The notes beneath the pieces were generated by a model. It saw only the letters and a program-made list of their open reading frames with translations, searched no databases and was not told where the DNA came from. Positions 23,101-35,100 of a stretch of DNA of 64,000 bases are shown piece after piece (the stretch's first letter is position 1; each line of letters begins with the position of its first letter). Source of the DNA: Macrostomum hystrix (Eukaryota > Animalia > Platyhelminthes); contig CATNEN010000002.1 in assembly GCA_950097015.1 (NCBI GenBank), positions 8,060,001-8,124,000 on the forward strand, read 5' to 3'. The translations under genes were made by a program, and so were the position numbers.

Positions 23101-24624
23101 GAACTTGTGTTGAATGCCGATCAACACAAGGTTCATCAACCTCTGGAAGGTTCCAGGTGCATTTGACAAGCCTTGAGCCATTACTTGGTACTCAAACTGG
23201 CCCCTAGTTAATGTCGAGAATGCCGTCATATGTTTGTGTTCTTCTTTAATTGGGACTTGCCAGTATCCAGAGTTAAGGTCTAAACTGCTGAAATACTGAC
23301 TTCCAGTAAGGTGAGAGAATGTCTCCTGAATATTAGGTAACGGATACGGATAGTACTCCACACGAGAATTCAGTACTCGAAAGTCACTCACGATCCTTAT
23401 TGTACCATCCTTCTTTGGTACTATGACCAAGGGTGTCGAATAGGTGCTATAACATGGCCTAATCAGGTTTTTGGCCAGCATGTCATCAAGCAAATCATCC
23501 ACCTGTTTTTGCAAATGAGGCGGAATTCTGCGAGTCGGTATTCTGACTGGCGTAGTATCTTTAAGAGCAATTTCATGCGTCACCAAATGTGTCAGACCCA
23601 TATCTTGCTCGGTCTGAGAGAACGCTGCTCTGTTCTCTTTCAGCAATTGTATAACTTGTTCCTTTTGTTCCGAATTCATCTCTCCGATGTTAACCTCCTT
23701 GATCCATTCATCAATGTCCTTTGAGGCTTCCTCTCTCTTTACAGCATTGACTTGTCCGGTATTTTGACTCGAATTGATTGAATTAACAAAATAATTCAAG
23801 TTCTTCGCTGTTAATGGCTTGGCATAGCCAATAAGAGCTGCTCCTTTCACTTTGACTTCTCTGTTCTGTTTATTGACTAGTTCTATGACTCCAACTCCTT
23901 CGTTCAAGGTTACTAATGCTGGTACTAGCTCCAGATCATAACCTTTGGCTGCAATATAGCCGTCATTAGTCTCAATCACCATGGGAGTACCGTAATTAGC
24001 TTCGGCATTTTCTCCCAATCGGATTGGCACTTTCAAAGCACTATTCGCTGGTATTGTGATCTGATTCTGGCAATAGACTCGTCGAATTCGAACAGGTAGT
24101 CTTGTGAACTGAATTGGGATGCAGATCCCATCTTTCAGTACCAAGACTCCTTTACTGAAATTGATACCATCACAGTAGTCTGTGAGAAAGTCCATTCCAA
24201 GGATGTCGTCACAGTCGTGGTCACACAGAAGAAATCTTGTCTCAATCTCAATTTCTCCGAACTTCACTTTAAGCATTGCTTCACCTCTAAGTGACACAAC
24301 TGTTCCGTCAAACGTGGTGACTCTCAAATTGCATGGTTCTATCTCGTCGTCACAAACCACTCTCTTCCATGAACTCCTACTTAAGAAGTTGTTTCCGGCT
24401 CCTGTGTCTATCAAAAACATAATATCTCGCTTTCGTATCTTTCCATTCACAATTGCTTCCTGACCTTTCTTGACCGGCTCTGGGATTCTGATCGTCTCAA
24501 TGGGTGACTCACTTTTAATTTCTTTGCTAGCGGCTTTCTGACCTGTTTCACATGGTGTAACTGGTGCTTTCGCATGTGCTTGCATTTTTGCAGTGCTGGG
24601 TGCATACGCATGGTGCTGTCTCAT
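20179..24624 (-). CDS. pol: Gypsy Pol polyprotein (protease, RT, RNase H, integrase); frame open upstream to the slippery site at 24792
   Basis: 1481-aa ORF: FLIDTGA (PR), YPLP / QGLSNAPGTFQR / YIDDI (RT), LDTDAS (RH), HDSPLAGH..CIPC, HIDLIGP, HTDNG, GLVERFN (IN). Confidence 0.96.
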   Translation of the reverse strand: MRQHHAYAPSTAKMQAHAKAPVTPCETGQKAASKEIKSESPIETIRIPEPVKKGQEAIVNGKIRKRDIMFLIDTGAGNNFLSRSSWKRVVCDDEIEPCNLRVTTFDGTVVSLRGEAMLKVKFGEIEIETRFLLCDHDCDDILGMDFLTDYCDGINFSKGVLVLKDGICIPIQFTRLPVRIRRVYCQNQITIPANSALKVPIRLGENAEANYGTPMVIETNDGYIAAKGYDLELVPALVTLNEGVGVIELVNKQNREVKVKGAALIGYAKPLTAKNLNYFVNSINSSQNTGQVNAVKREEASKDIDEWIKEVNIGEMNSEQKEQVIQLLKENRAAFSQTEQDMGLTHLVTHEIALKDTTPVRIPTRRIPPHLQKQVDDLLDDMLAKNLIRPCYSTYSTPLVIVPKKDGTIRIVSDFRVLNSRVEYYPYPLPNIQETFSHLTGSQYFSSLDLNSGYWQVPIKEEHKHMTAFSTLTRGQFEYQVMAQGLSNAPGTFQRLMNLVLIGIQHKFAMSYIDDIVTYSKEFDEHLCHLREVFRRLSEAGLKLRPRKCNLFQEELKYLGHIVGRNGIRTDPAKIEAIRSWPTPQDVKELRSFLGLCNYYCRFVKDYAEAAHPLFQLTKKGITNFKEKWNSKHDEAFALLKQKMMSTDVLAYPEFSEYENVKMVLDTDASEGRIGACLGQIQADGVERPIAYFSRAMTESEKRYPITRKELLALVDGMKHFRFYLIGKKFLARTDHKAILWLLRQTEAQGILGRWIERLSEFQYEIQHRSGAKHSNADSLSRRPSEIKEASEAKINQSQITGRAMMSQSCQTDSGIDTDDDDANEIFVDARDYFEDEELEETTACRKLLTDFLSVPLTKEQLVIAQREDQDVKILIEWKEQGILRPELPTGASHELKKMIKSYEQMKIEDGMLTIVTDGTRKVVLPSGIEKEVLRELHDSPLAGHLGRDKTVQKVRERFWKPGLVTTVENYVAECIPCLESKAGNKVKAPVQTFPVCEAFHRLHIDLIGPISKESRRGHKYVLTVIDSTTKFPFAFPIRNQKSDTVIKLLQERIFSEYGQCRWIHTDNGKTFVSRQFQAFCTLYGIKHTCTTPYHAQSNGLVERFNRQIKSIITCLVEKDHSDWDLLIPAALVAVRTSVNQTTGFTPHYLLFGREAELPIDSVVKRPRLYYDYPSYVADHAKRIEEMQKVVQKKLEKVRDRREQAAETVITKAVPIGGLVLINNPQLHGDESNKFHRKKRASYRVLAKLSDTVFRVQKEENGKLIGAMMLVHRNNLTPVPNSVKATGMPESSDMEKREPTDKGRQETAQKIQKRKEVQPKILKKAVQEIEQEESSDSEEERIQWRACKETDISGSEIEETDEDSDTDSGSSAELIEDSETETEEELEESEEDNEEEPEAEPPDHDVVEEPACEEEAEDRADVASGTAAPLQWREVRYNLRPRKPTVINEPAGPTPVANRREAPRKPNKYGFVPRKRYSHYQ

Positions 24625-24718
24625 TTCTCGCGGCTGATTAAACTTGTTGAAATAATAATTATTTTTCTTGTAAGCAAAACGTTGGTTATCAATTTTATAC
24701 GCACTATTTACAAACTCT

Positions 24719-24792
24719 GAGGCCTGGAATTTGTTAAAGGATTTTCCGGAGGAACGGGGCCTCGACTTACGTCCCTCGTATTTTAGTTTCCC
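24719..24792 (-). promoter_or_regulatory. -1 programmed ribosomal frameshift signal: G GGA AAC heptamer plus predicted H-type pseudoknot
   Basis: Heptamer 24792-24786 is in the gag frame directly before TAA; the pol frame is -1 and stop-free from there to ATG 24624. 8-nt spacer; stem 1 GAGGGACG/CGTTCCTC; stem 2 GAGGCC/GGCCTC. Confidence 0.8.
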
Positions 24793-25691
24793 TGGTTCTG
24801 GAAGTTCTGCTGACCGTTGCCCATCCTCATAGGACAGAATCTGGCAATATGGCCGAGTTTTCCGCAGTTGAAGCAGGTTCGGTTCTGGTTCAAGAATTGC
24901 GGCCCATTGTACTGCGTATTCTGCTGTTGCAGGAACTTAGGTACATATGGCTTCCTTGGTACGTACTGTTTCTCAGCCATTTTGCTGGTGAGCTCCTGCA
25001 AGAGTTTCTGCTGTCTTTCAATTTCTTCCTTCTGCTTCACAATTGTTGCCCTTAGAGACTCCTCTTCCTCTTCACCATTTCTGGTAATCCTTACTCCGGC
25101 ACCTTTGTGTGTCATGCTCCAGGCGGCTTCCAACCTTCTAAGCATTCTCTTTAGTTCCTGTAGATTGGCAGGCTGAGCAAAGATTAGTTTCTCCCTCATG
25201 TCAGCGGATATCTTGGCTCCCTTGATGTATTGCTCAACCAGTTCATCTTCTCGTTGCTCCATTGTCATGTTTGGGAAGGCTCTGGCAGCCAGTTCAATCA
25301 GACTATCTGAATAGGCTTCTACCGATTCATTCTTGCCTTGCATTCTTCCTCGAAACTCTTCTCTGAATTCTGCTGGGCTTCCAGTTCGTCCGAATCTTTC
25401 TGCCATCCGCTCCTTGAATTCTTCGTAGTCAAGGTTTTCTGGGAGGTTCATTCTCTGTACAGAGGCAAATACTGTGGACAAGTCCAAGTTGGCAAGCAAT
25501 TCCTGCTTTCGATGGTCCACATCAATTCCTTCTGTCTCGCATCTTTGATCAAATGCGGTGAGCCACACCCGAATATCCTGATTAGGTGTGAACTTTTGGA
25601 TCTTCACATGGCGTGTTGGAGCAATCTCCAACCGATTTCTCAGCTCTTCCGCGAGTACAGCCATCAAATCTTGTACTTGAGCTTGATCCAT
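24783..25691 (-). CDS. gag: Gypsy Gag with CCHC zinc knuckle
   Basis: 302-aa ORF; CFNCGKLGHIARFC; retrotransposon capsid-like region (RGRMQGKNESVEAY..L..LA). Confidence 0.93.
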   Translation of the reverse strand: MDQAQVQDLMAVLAEELRNRLEIAPTRHVKIQKFTPNQDIRVWLTAFDQRCETEGIDVDHRKQELLANLDLSTVFASVQRMNLPENLDYEEFKERMAERFGRTGSPAEFREEFRGRMQGKNESVEAYSDSLIELAARAFPNMTMEQREDELVEQYIKGAKISADMREKLIFAQPANLQELKRMLRRLEAAWSMTHKGAGVRITRNGEEEEESLRATIVKQKEEIERQQKLLQELTSKMAEKQYVPRKPYVPKFLQQQNTQYNGPQFLNQNRTCFNCGKLGHIARFCPMRMGNGQQNFQNQGN

Positions 25692-25735
25692 TGTTACTCC
25701 TCAATGGGGTTATTTCGCTGTTTCTCTGATCCTTT

Positions 25736-25747
25736 CCGCTGCCACCA
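25736..25747 (-). promoter_or_regulatory. Primer binding site, tRNA-Leu
   Basis: TGGTGGCAGCGG, 4 nt from the 5' LTR, is complementary to ...CCGCUGCCACCA, the 3' end of metazoan tRNA-Leu(AAG/TAG) as I recall it. Confidence 0.8.
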
Positions 25748-25751
25748 AAGT

Positions 25752-26135
25752 TGTAACAGGGCTTGTCTCTCTACTTTTCTCTCTAATGGTAGCGTATCAC
25801 TCGGCACGAGCGGTTTAACCTTTTAAGGCACTGGCTTACTATTCTCCAGTCTTTGCTGGGCGTTTTCTGTGGATCAGAGGGTCACAGCCTCAAATAACCA
25901 ACTCAACACTTTTCTTCTTCAGTAATAGCTTATTTGCTTTTCGCCACACTGGCACGTTGATTTGTCTCAACTGAATTACACTCGTTTATATACACAAAAG
26001 AAAATGTTTGTTAAAGTAAACGAATTTGACAAAATATTTAAAATATGTTACATATAAAAAATATTTTGCGCATTCAAACAAAAAGCATAGGCACGAATTT
26101 GACTTTAAAGAAATAATAAAAGCATCCCTACTACA
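25752..26135 (-). repeat. Gypsy 5' LTR (384 bp)
   Basis: TGTAGTAG...TGTTACA on the minus strand; TATA-like TATATAAA at 25992-25985. Confidence 0.97.
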
Positions 26136-29100
26136 ACTGAAATATGAGAATGAGTTTGCTGTTATTAACTGGCATAAAGTGGATTGATTGCTACATTTCT
26201 TATTTTACTATTATTGACTTCTCAAATTCAATCTTCCATGCGGAGTTGAAGCCAGCAAGCAGAAAGACTGACACCTGAGAATAGATCCATTTGATCAAAC
26301 TGTGCAGGGTTTCTGGTCTTGCTGGTGGCAAACTCTGCAGAAGCATCTGCCCAACCCCCCACCTCACTACTGATTTGAATGTCACTGAAATATGAGAATG
26401 AGTTTGCTGTTATTAACTGGCATAAAGTGGATTGATTGCTACATTTCTTATTTTACTATTATTGACTTCTCAAATTCAATCTTCCATGCGGAGTTGAAGC
26501 CAGCAAGCAGAAAGACTGACACCTGAGAATAGATCCATTTGATCAAACTGTGCAGGGTTTCTGGTCTTGCTGGTGGCAAACTCTGCAGAAGCATCTGCCC
26601 AACCCCCCACCTCACTACTAATTTTATTGTCACTGAAATATGAGAATGAGTTTGCTGTTATTAACTGGCATAAAGTGGATTGATTGCTACATTTCTTATT
26701 TTACTATTATTGACTTCTCAAATTCAATCTTCCATGCGGAGTTGAAGCCAGCAAGCAGAAAGACTGACACCTGAGAATAGATCCATTTGATCAAACTGTG
26801 CAGGGTTTCTGGTCTTGCTGGTGTCAAACTCTGCAGAAGCATCTGCCCAACCCCCACCTCACTACTAATTTTATTGTCACTGAAATATGAGAATGAGTTT
26901 GCTGTTATTAACTGGCATAAAGTGGATTGATTGCTACATTTCTTATTTTACTATTATTGACTTCTCAAATTCAATCTTCCATGCGGAGTTGAAGCCAGCA
27001 AGCAGAAAGACTGACACCTGAGAATAGATCCATTTGATCAAACTGTGCAGGGTTTCTGGTCTTGCTGGTGTCAAACTCTGCAGAAGCATCTGCCCAACCC
27101 CCACCTCACTACTAATTTTATTGTCACTGAAATATGAGAATGAGTTTGCTGTTATTAACTGGCATAAAGTGGATTGATTGCTACATTTCTTATTTTACTA
27201 TTATTGACTTCTCAAATTCAATCTTCCATGCGGAGTTGAAGCCAGCAAGCAGAAAGACTGACACCTGAGAATAGATCCATTTGATCAAACTGTGCAGGGT
27301 TTCTGGTCTTGCTGGTGGCAAACTCTGCAGAAACATCTGCCCAACCCCCCACCTCACTACTGATTTGAATGTCACTGAAATATGAGAATGAGTTTGCTGT
27401 TATTAACTGGCATAAAGTGGATTGATTGCTACATTTCTTATTTTACTATTATTGACTTCTCAAATTCAATCTTCCATGCGGAGTTGAAGCCAGCAAGCAG
27501 AAAGACTGACACCTGAGAATAGATCCATTTGATCAAACTGTGCAGGGTTTCTGGTCTTGCTGGTGGCAAACTCTGCAGAAGCATCTGCCCAACCCCCCAC
27601 CTCACTACTGATTTGAATGTCACTGAAATATGAGAATGAGTTTGCTGTTATTAACTGGCATAAAGTGGATTGATTGCTACATTTCTTATTTTACTATTAT
27701 TGACTTCTCAAATTCAATCTTCCATGCGGAGTTGAAGCCAGCAAGCAGAAAGACTGACACCTGAGAATAGATCCATTTGATCAAACTGTGCAGGGTTTCT
27801 GGTCTTGCTGGTGGCAAACTCTGCAGAAGCATCTGCCCAACCCCCCACCTCACTACTAATTTTATTGTCACTGAAATATGAGAATGAGTTTGCTGTTATT
27901 AACTGGCATAAAGTGGATTGATTGCTACATTTCTTATTTTACTATTATTGACTTCTCAAATTCAATCTTCCATGCGGAGTTGAAGCCAGCAAGCAGAAAG
28001 ACTGACACCTGAGAATAGATCCATTTGATCAAACTGTGCAGGGTTTCTGGTCTTGCTGGTGTCAAACTCTGCAGAAGCATCTGCCCAACCCCCACCTCAC
28101 TACTAATTTTATTGTCACTGAAATATGAGAATGAGTTTGCTGTTATTAACTGGCATAAAGTGGATTGATTGCTACATTTCTTATTTTACTATTATTGACT
28201 TCTCAAATTCAATCTTCCATGCGGAGTTGAAGCCAGCAAGCAGAAAGACTGACACCTGAGAATAGATCCATTTGATCAAACTGTGCAGGGTTTCTGGTCT
28301 TGCTGGTGTCAAACTCTGCAGAAGCATCTGCCCAACCCCCACCTCACTACTAATTTTATTGTCACTGAAATATGAGAATGAGTTTGCTGTTATTAACTGG
28401 CATAAAGTGGATTGATTGCTACATTTCTTATTTTACTATTATTGACTTCTCAAATTCAATCTTCCATGCGGAGTTGAAGCCAGCAAGCAGAAAGACTGAC
28501 ACCTGAGAATAGATCCATTTGATCAAACTGTGCAGGGTTTCTGGTCTTGCTGGTGGCAAACTCTGCAGAAACATCTGCCCAACCCCCCACCTCACTACTG
28601 ATTTGAATGTCACTGAAATATGAGAATGAGTTTGCTGTTATTAACTGGCATAAAGTGGATTGATTGCTACATTTCTTATTTTACTATTATTGACTTCTCA
28701 AATTCAATCTTCCATGCGGAGTTGAAGCCAGCAAGCAGAAAGACTGACACCTGAGAATAGATCCATTTGATCAAACTGTGCAGGGTTTCTGGTCTTGCTG
28801 GTGGCAAACTCTGCAGAAGCATCTGCCCAACCCCCCACCTCACTACTAATTTTATGTCACTGAAATATGAGAATGAGTTTGCTGTTATTAACTGGCATAA
28901 AGTGGATTGATTGCTACATTTCTTATTTTACTATTATTGACTTCTCAAATTCAATCTTCCATGCGGAGTTGAAGCCAGCAAGCAGAAAGACTGACACCTG
29001 AGAATAGATCCATTTGATCAAACTGTGCAGGGTTTCTGGTCTTGCTGGTGGCAAACTCTGCAGAAAGCATCTGCCCAACCCCCCACCTCACTACTGATTT

Positions 29101-32100
29101 GAATGTCACTGAAATATGAGAATGAGTTTGCTGTTATTAACTGGCATAAAGTGGATTGATTGCTACATTTCTTATTTTACTATTATTGACTTCTCAAATT
29201 CAATCTTCCATGCGGAGTTGAAGCCAGCAAGCAGAAAGACTGACACCTGAGAATAGATCCATTTGATCAAACTGTGCAGGGTTTCTGGTCTTGCTGGTGT
29301 CAAACTCTGCAGAAGCATCTGCCCAACCCCCCACCTCACTACTGATTTGAATGTCACTGAAATATGAGAATGAGTTTGCTGTTATTAACTGGCATAAAGT
29401 GGATTGATTGCTACATTTCTTATTTTACTATTATTGACTTCTCAAATTCAATCTTCCATGCGGAGTTGAAGCCAGCAAGCAGAAAGACTGACACCTGAGA
29501 ATAGATCCATTTGATCAAACTGTGCAGGTTTCTGGTCTTGCTGGTGTCAAACTCTGCAGAAGCATCTGCCCAACCCCCCACCTCACTACTGATTTGAATG
29601 TCACTGAAATATGAGAATGAGTTTGCTGTTATTAACTGGCATAAAGTGGATTGATTGCTACATTTCTTATTTTACTATTATTGACTTCTCAAATTCAATC
29701 TTCCATGCGGAGTTGAAGCCAGCAAGCAGAAAGACTGACACCTGAGAATAGATCCATTTGATCAAACTGTGCAGGGTTTCTGGTCTTGCTGGTGGCAAAC
29801 TCTGCAGAAGCATCTGCCCAACCCCCACCTCACTACTAATTTTATTGTCACTGAAATATGAGAATGAGTTTGCTGTTATTAACTGGCATAAAGTGGATTG
29901 ATTGCTACATTTCTTATTTTACTATTATTGACTTCTCAAATTCAATCTTCCATGCGGAGTTGAAGCCAGCAAGCAGAAAGACTGACACCTGAGAATAGAT
30001 CCATTTGATCAAACTGTGCAGGGTTTCTGGTCTTGCTGGTGGCAAACTCTGCAGAAGCATCTGCCCAACCCCCCACCTCACTACTGATTTGAATGTCACT
30101 GAAATATGAGAATGAGTTTGCTGTTATTAACTGGCATAAAGTGGATTGATTGCTACATTTCTTATTTTACTATTATTGACTTCTCAAATTCAATCTTCCA
30201 TGCGGAGTTGAAGCCAGCAAGCAGAAAGACTGACACCTGAGAATAGATCCATTTGATCAAACTGTGCAGGGTTTCTGGTCTTGCTGGTGGCAAACTCTGC
30301 AGAAGCATCTGCCCAACCCCCCACCTCACTACTAATTTGAATTGTCACTGAAATATGAGAATGAGTTTGCTGTTATTAACTGGCATAAAGTGGATTGATT
30401 GCTACATTTCTTATTTTACTATTATTGACTTCTCAAATTCAATCTTCCATGCGGAGTTGAAGCCAGCAAGCAGAAAGACTGACACCTGAGAATAGATCCA
30501 TTTGATCAAACTGTGCAGGGTTTCTGGTCTTGCTGGTGGCAAACTCTGCAGAAGCATCTGCCCAACCCCCACCTCACTACTAATTTTATTGTCACTGAAA
30601 TATGAGAATGAGTTTGCTGTTATTAACTGGCATAAAGTGGATTGATTGCTACATTTCTTATTTTACTATTATTGACTTCTCAAATTCAATCTTCCATGCG
30701 GAGTTGAAGCCAGCAAGCAGAAAGACTGACACCTGAGAATAGATCCATTTGATCAAACTGTGCAGGGTTTCTGGTCTTGCTGGTGGCAAACTCTGCAGAA
30801 GCATCTGCCCAACCCCCACCTCACTACTAATTTTATTGTCACTGAAATATGAGAATGAGTTTGCTGTTATTAACTGGCATAAAGTGGATTGATTGCTACA
30901 TTTCTTATTTTACTATTATTGACTTCTCAAATTCAATCTTCCATGCGGAGTTGAAGCCAGCAAGCAGAAAGACTGACACCTGAGAATAGATCCATTTGAT
31001 CAAACTGTGCAGGGTTTCTGGTCTTGCTGGTGGCAAACTCTGCAGAAGCATCTGCCCAACCCCCACCTCACTACTAATTTTATTGTCACTGAAATATGAG
31101 AATGAGTTTGCTGTTATTAACTGGCATAAAGTGGATTGATTGCTACATTTCTTATTTTACTATTATTGACTTCTCAAATTCAATCTTCCATGCGGAGTTG
31201 AAGCCAGCAAGCAGAAAGACTGACACCTGAGAATAGATCCATTTGATCAAACTGTGCAGGGTTTCTGGTCTTGCTGGTGGCAAACTCTGCAGAAGCATCT
31301 GCCCAACCCCCACCTCACTACTGATTTGAATGTCACTGAAATATGAGAATGAGTTTGCTGTTATTAACTGGCATAAAGTGGATTGATTGCTACATTTCTT
31401 ATTTTACTATTATTGACTTCTCAAATTCAATCTTCCATGCGGAGTTGAAGCCAGCAAGCAGAAAGACTGACACCTGAGAATAGATCCATTTGATCAAACT
31501 GTGCAGGGTTTCTGGTCTTGCTGGTGGCAAACTCTGCAGAAGCATCTGCCCAACCCCCACCTCACTACTAATTTGATTGTCACTGAAATATGAGAATGAG
31601 TTTGCTGTTATTAACTGGCATAAAGTGGATTGATTGCTACATTTCTTATTTTACTATTATTGACTTCTCAAATTCAATCTTCCATGCGGAGTTGAAGCCA
31701 GCAAGCAGAAAGACTGACACCTGAGAATAGATCCATTTGATCAAACTGTGCAGGGTTTCTGGTCTTGCTGGTGTCAAACTCTGCAGAAGCATCTGCCCAA
31801 CCCCCACCTCACTACTAATTTTAATTGTCACTGAAATATGAGAATGAGTTTGCTGTTATTAACTGGCATAAAGTGGATTGATTGCTACATTTCTTATTTT
31901 ACTATTATTGACTTCTCAAATTCAATCTTCCATGCGGAGTTGAAGCCAGCAAGCAGAAAGACTGACACCTGAGAATAGATCCATTTGATCAAACTGTGCA
32001 GGGTTTCTGGTCTTGCTGGTGGCAAACTCTGCAGAAGCATCTGCCCAACCCCCCACCTCACTACTAATTTTATTGTCACTGAAATATGAGAATGAGTTTG

Positions 32101-35100
32101 CTGTTATTAACTGGCATAAAGTGGATTGATTGCTACATTTCTTATTTTACTATTATTGACTTCTCAAATTCAATCTTCCATGCGGAGTTGAAGCCAGCAA
32201 GCAGAAAGACTGACACCTGAGAATAGATCCATTTGATCAAACTGTGCAGGGTTTCTGGTCTTGCTGGTGTCAAACTCTGCAGAAGCATCTGCCCAACCCC
32301 CCACCTCACTACTAATTTTATTGTCACTGAAATATGAGAATGAGTTTGCTGTTATTAACTGGCATAAAGTGGATTGATTGCTACATTTCTTATTTTACTA
32401 TTATTGACTTCTCAAATTCAATCTTCCATGCGGAGTTGAAGCCAGCAAGCAGAAAGACTGACACCTGAGAATAGATCCATTTGATCAAACTGTGCAGGGT
32501 TTCTGGTCTTGCTGGTGGCAAACTCTGCAGAAGCATCTGCCCAACCCCCCACCTCACTACTAATTTTATTGTCACTGAAATATGAGAATGAGTTTGCTGT
32601 TATTAACTGGCATAAAGTGGATTGATTGCTACATTTCTTATTTTACTATTATTGACTTCTCAAATTCAATCTTCCATGCGGAGTTGAAGCCAGCAAGCAG
32701 AAAGACTGACACCTGAGAATAGATCCATTTGATCAAACTGTGCAGGGTTTCTGGTCTTGCTGGTGTCAAACTCTGCAGAAGCATCTGCCCAACCCCCCAC
32801 CTCACTACTAATTTTATTGTCACTGAAATATGAGAATGAGTTTGCTGTTATTAACTGGCATAAAGTGGATTGATTGCTACATTTCTTATTTTACTATTAT
32901 TGACTTCTCAAATTCAATCTTCCATGCGGAGTTGAAGCCAGCAAGCAGAAAGACTGACACCTGAGAATAGATCCATTTGATCAAACTGTGCAGGGTTTCT
33001 GGTCTTGCTGGTGGCAAACTCTGCAGAAGCATCTGCCCAACCCCCCACCTCACTACTGATTTGAATGTCACTGAAATATGAGAATGAGTTTGCTGTTATT
33101 AACTGGCATAAAGTGGATTGATTGCTACATTTCTTATTTTACTATTATTGACTTCTCAAATTCAATCTTCCATGCGGAGTTGAAGCCAGCAAGCAGAAAG
33201 ACTGACACCTGAGAATAGATCCATTTGATCAAACTGTGCAGGGTTTCTGGTCTTGCTGGTGGCAAACTCTGCAGAAGCATCTGCCCAACCCCCCACCTCA
33301 CTACTAATTTTATTGTCACTGAAATATGAGAATGAGTTTGCTGTTATTAACTGGCATAAAGTGGATTGATTGCTACATTTCTTATTTTACTATTATTGAC
33401 TTCTCAAATTCAATCTTCCATGCGGAGTTGAAGCCAGCAAGCAGAAAGACTGACACCTGAGAATAGATCCATTTGATCAAACTGTGCAGGGTTTCTGGTC
33501 TTGCTGGTGTCAAACTCTGCAGAAGCATCTGCCCAACCCCCACCTCACTACTGATTTGAATGTCACTGAAATATGAGAATGAGTTTGCTGTTATTAACTG
33601 GCATAAAGTGGATTGATTGCTACATTTCTTATTTTACTATTATTGACTTCTCAAATTCAATCTTCCATGCGGAGTTGAAGCCAGCAAGCAGAAAGACTGA
33701 CACCTGAGAATAGATCCATTTGATCAAACTGTGCAGGGTTTCTGGTCTTGCTGGTGGCAAACTCTGCAGAAGCATCTGCCCAACCCCCCACCTCACTACT
33801 GATTTGAATGTCACTGAAATATGAGAATGAGTTTGCTGTTATTAACTGGCATAAAGTGGATTGATTGCTACATTTCTTATTTTACTATTATTGACTTCTC
33901 AAATTCAATCTTCCATGCGGAGTTGAAGCCAGCAAGCAGAAAGACTGACACCTGAGAATAGATCCATTTGATCAAACTGTGCAGGGTTTCTGGTCTTGCT
34001 GGTGGCAAACTCTGCAGAAGCATCTGCCCAACCCCCCACCTCACTACTGATTTGAATGTCACTGAAATATGAGAATGAGTTTGCTGTTATTAACTGGCAT
34101 AAAGTGGATTGATTGCTACATTTCTTATTTTACTATTATTGACTTCTCAAATTCAATCTTCCATGCGGAGTTGAAGCCAGCAAGCAGAAAGACTGACACC
34201 TGAGAATAGATCCATTTGATCAAACTGTGCAGGGTTTCTGGTCTTGCTGGTGGCAAACTCTGCAGAAGCATCTGCCCAACCCCCCACCTCACTACTGATT
34301 TGAATGTCACTGAAATATGAGAATGAGTTTGCTGTTATTAACTGGCATAAAGTGGATTGATTGCTACATTTCTTATTTTACTATTATTGACTTCTCAAAT
34401 TCAATCTTCCATGCGGAGTTGAAGCCAGCAAGCAGAAAGACTGACACCTGAGAATAGATCCATTTGATCAAACTGTGCAGGGTTTCTGGTCTTGCTGGTG
34501 GCAAACTCTGCAGAAGCATCTGCCCAACCCCCCACCTCACTACTGATTTGAATGTCACTGAAATATGAGAATGAGTTTGCTGTTATTAACTGGCATAAAG
34601 TGGATTGATTGCTACATTTCTTATTTTACTATTATTGACTTCTCAAATTCAATCTTCCATGCGGAGTTGAAGCCAGCAAGCAGAAAGACTGACACCTGAG
34701 AATAGATCCATTTGATCAAACTGTGCAGGGTTTCTGGTCTTGCTGGTGTCAAACTCTGCAGAAGCATCTGCCCAACCCCCCACCTCACTACTGATTTGAA
34801 TGTCACTGAAATATGAGAATGAGTTTGCTGTTATTAACTGGCATAAAGTGGATTGATTGCTACATTTCTTATTTTACTATTATTGACTTCTCAAATTCAA
34901 TCTTCCATGCGGAGTTGAAGCCAGCAAGCAGAAAGACTGACACCTGAGAATAGATCCATTTGATCAAACTGTGCAGGGTTTCTGGTCTTGCTGGTGGCAA
35001 ACTCTGCAGAAGCATCTGCCCAACCCCCACCTCACTACTGATTTGAATGTCACTGAAATATGAGAATGAGTTTGCTGTTATTAACTGGCATAAAGTGGAT

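Larger units (their letters stand above)
19594..26135 (-). mobile_element. Full-length Ty3/Gypsy LTR retrotransposon, 6542 bp, 4-bp TSD ACTG
   Basis: 384-bp TG..CA LTRs; ACTG at 19590-19593 and 26136-26139; removal restores the satellite GTCACTG|AAATATG. PBS, PPT, gag and pol (PR-RT-RH-IN order) all present. Confidence 0.97.
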
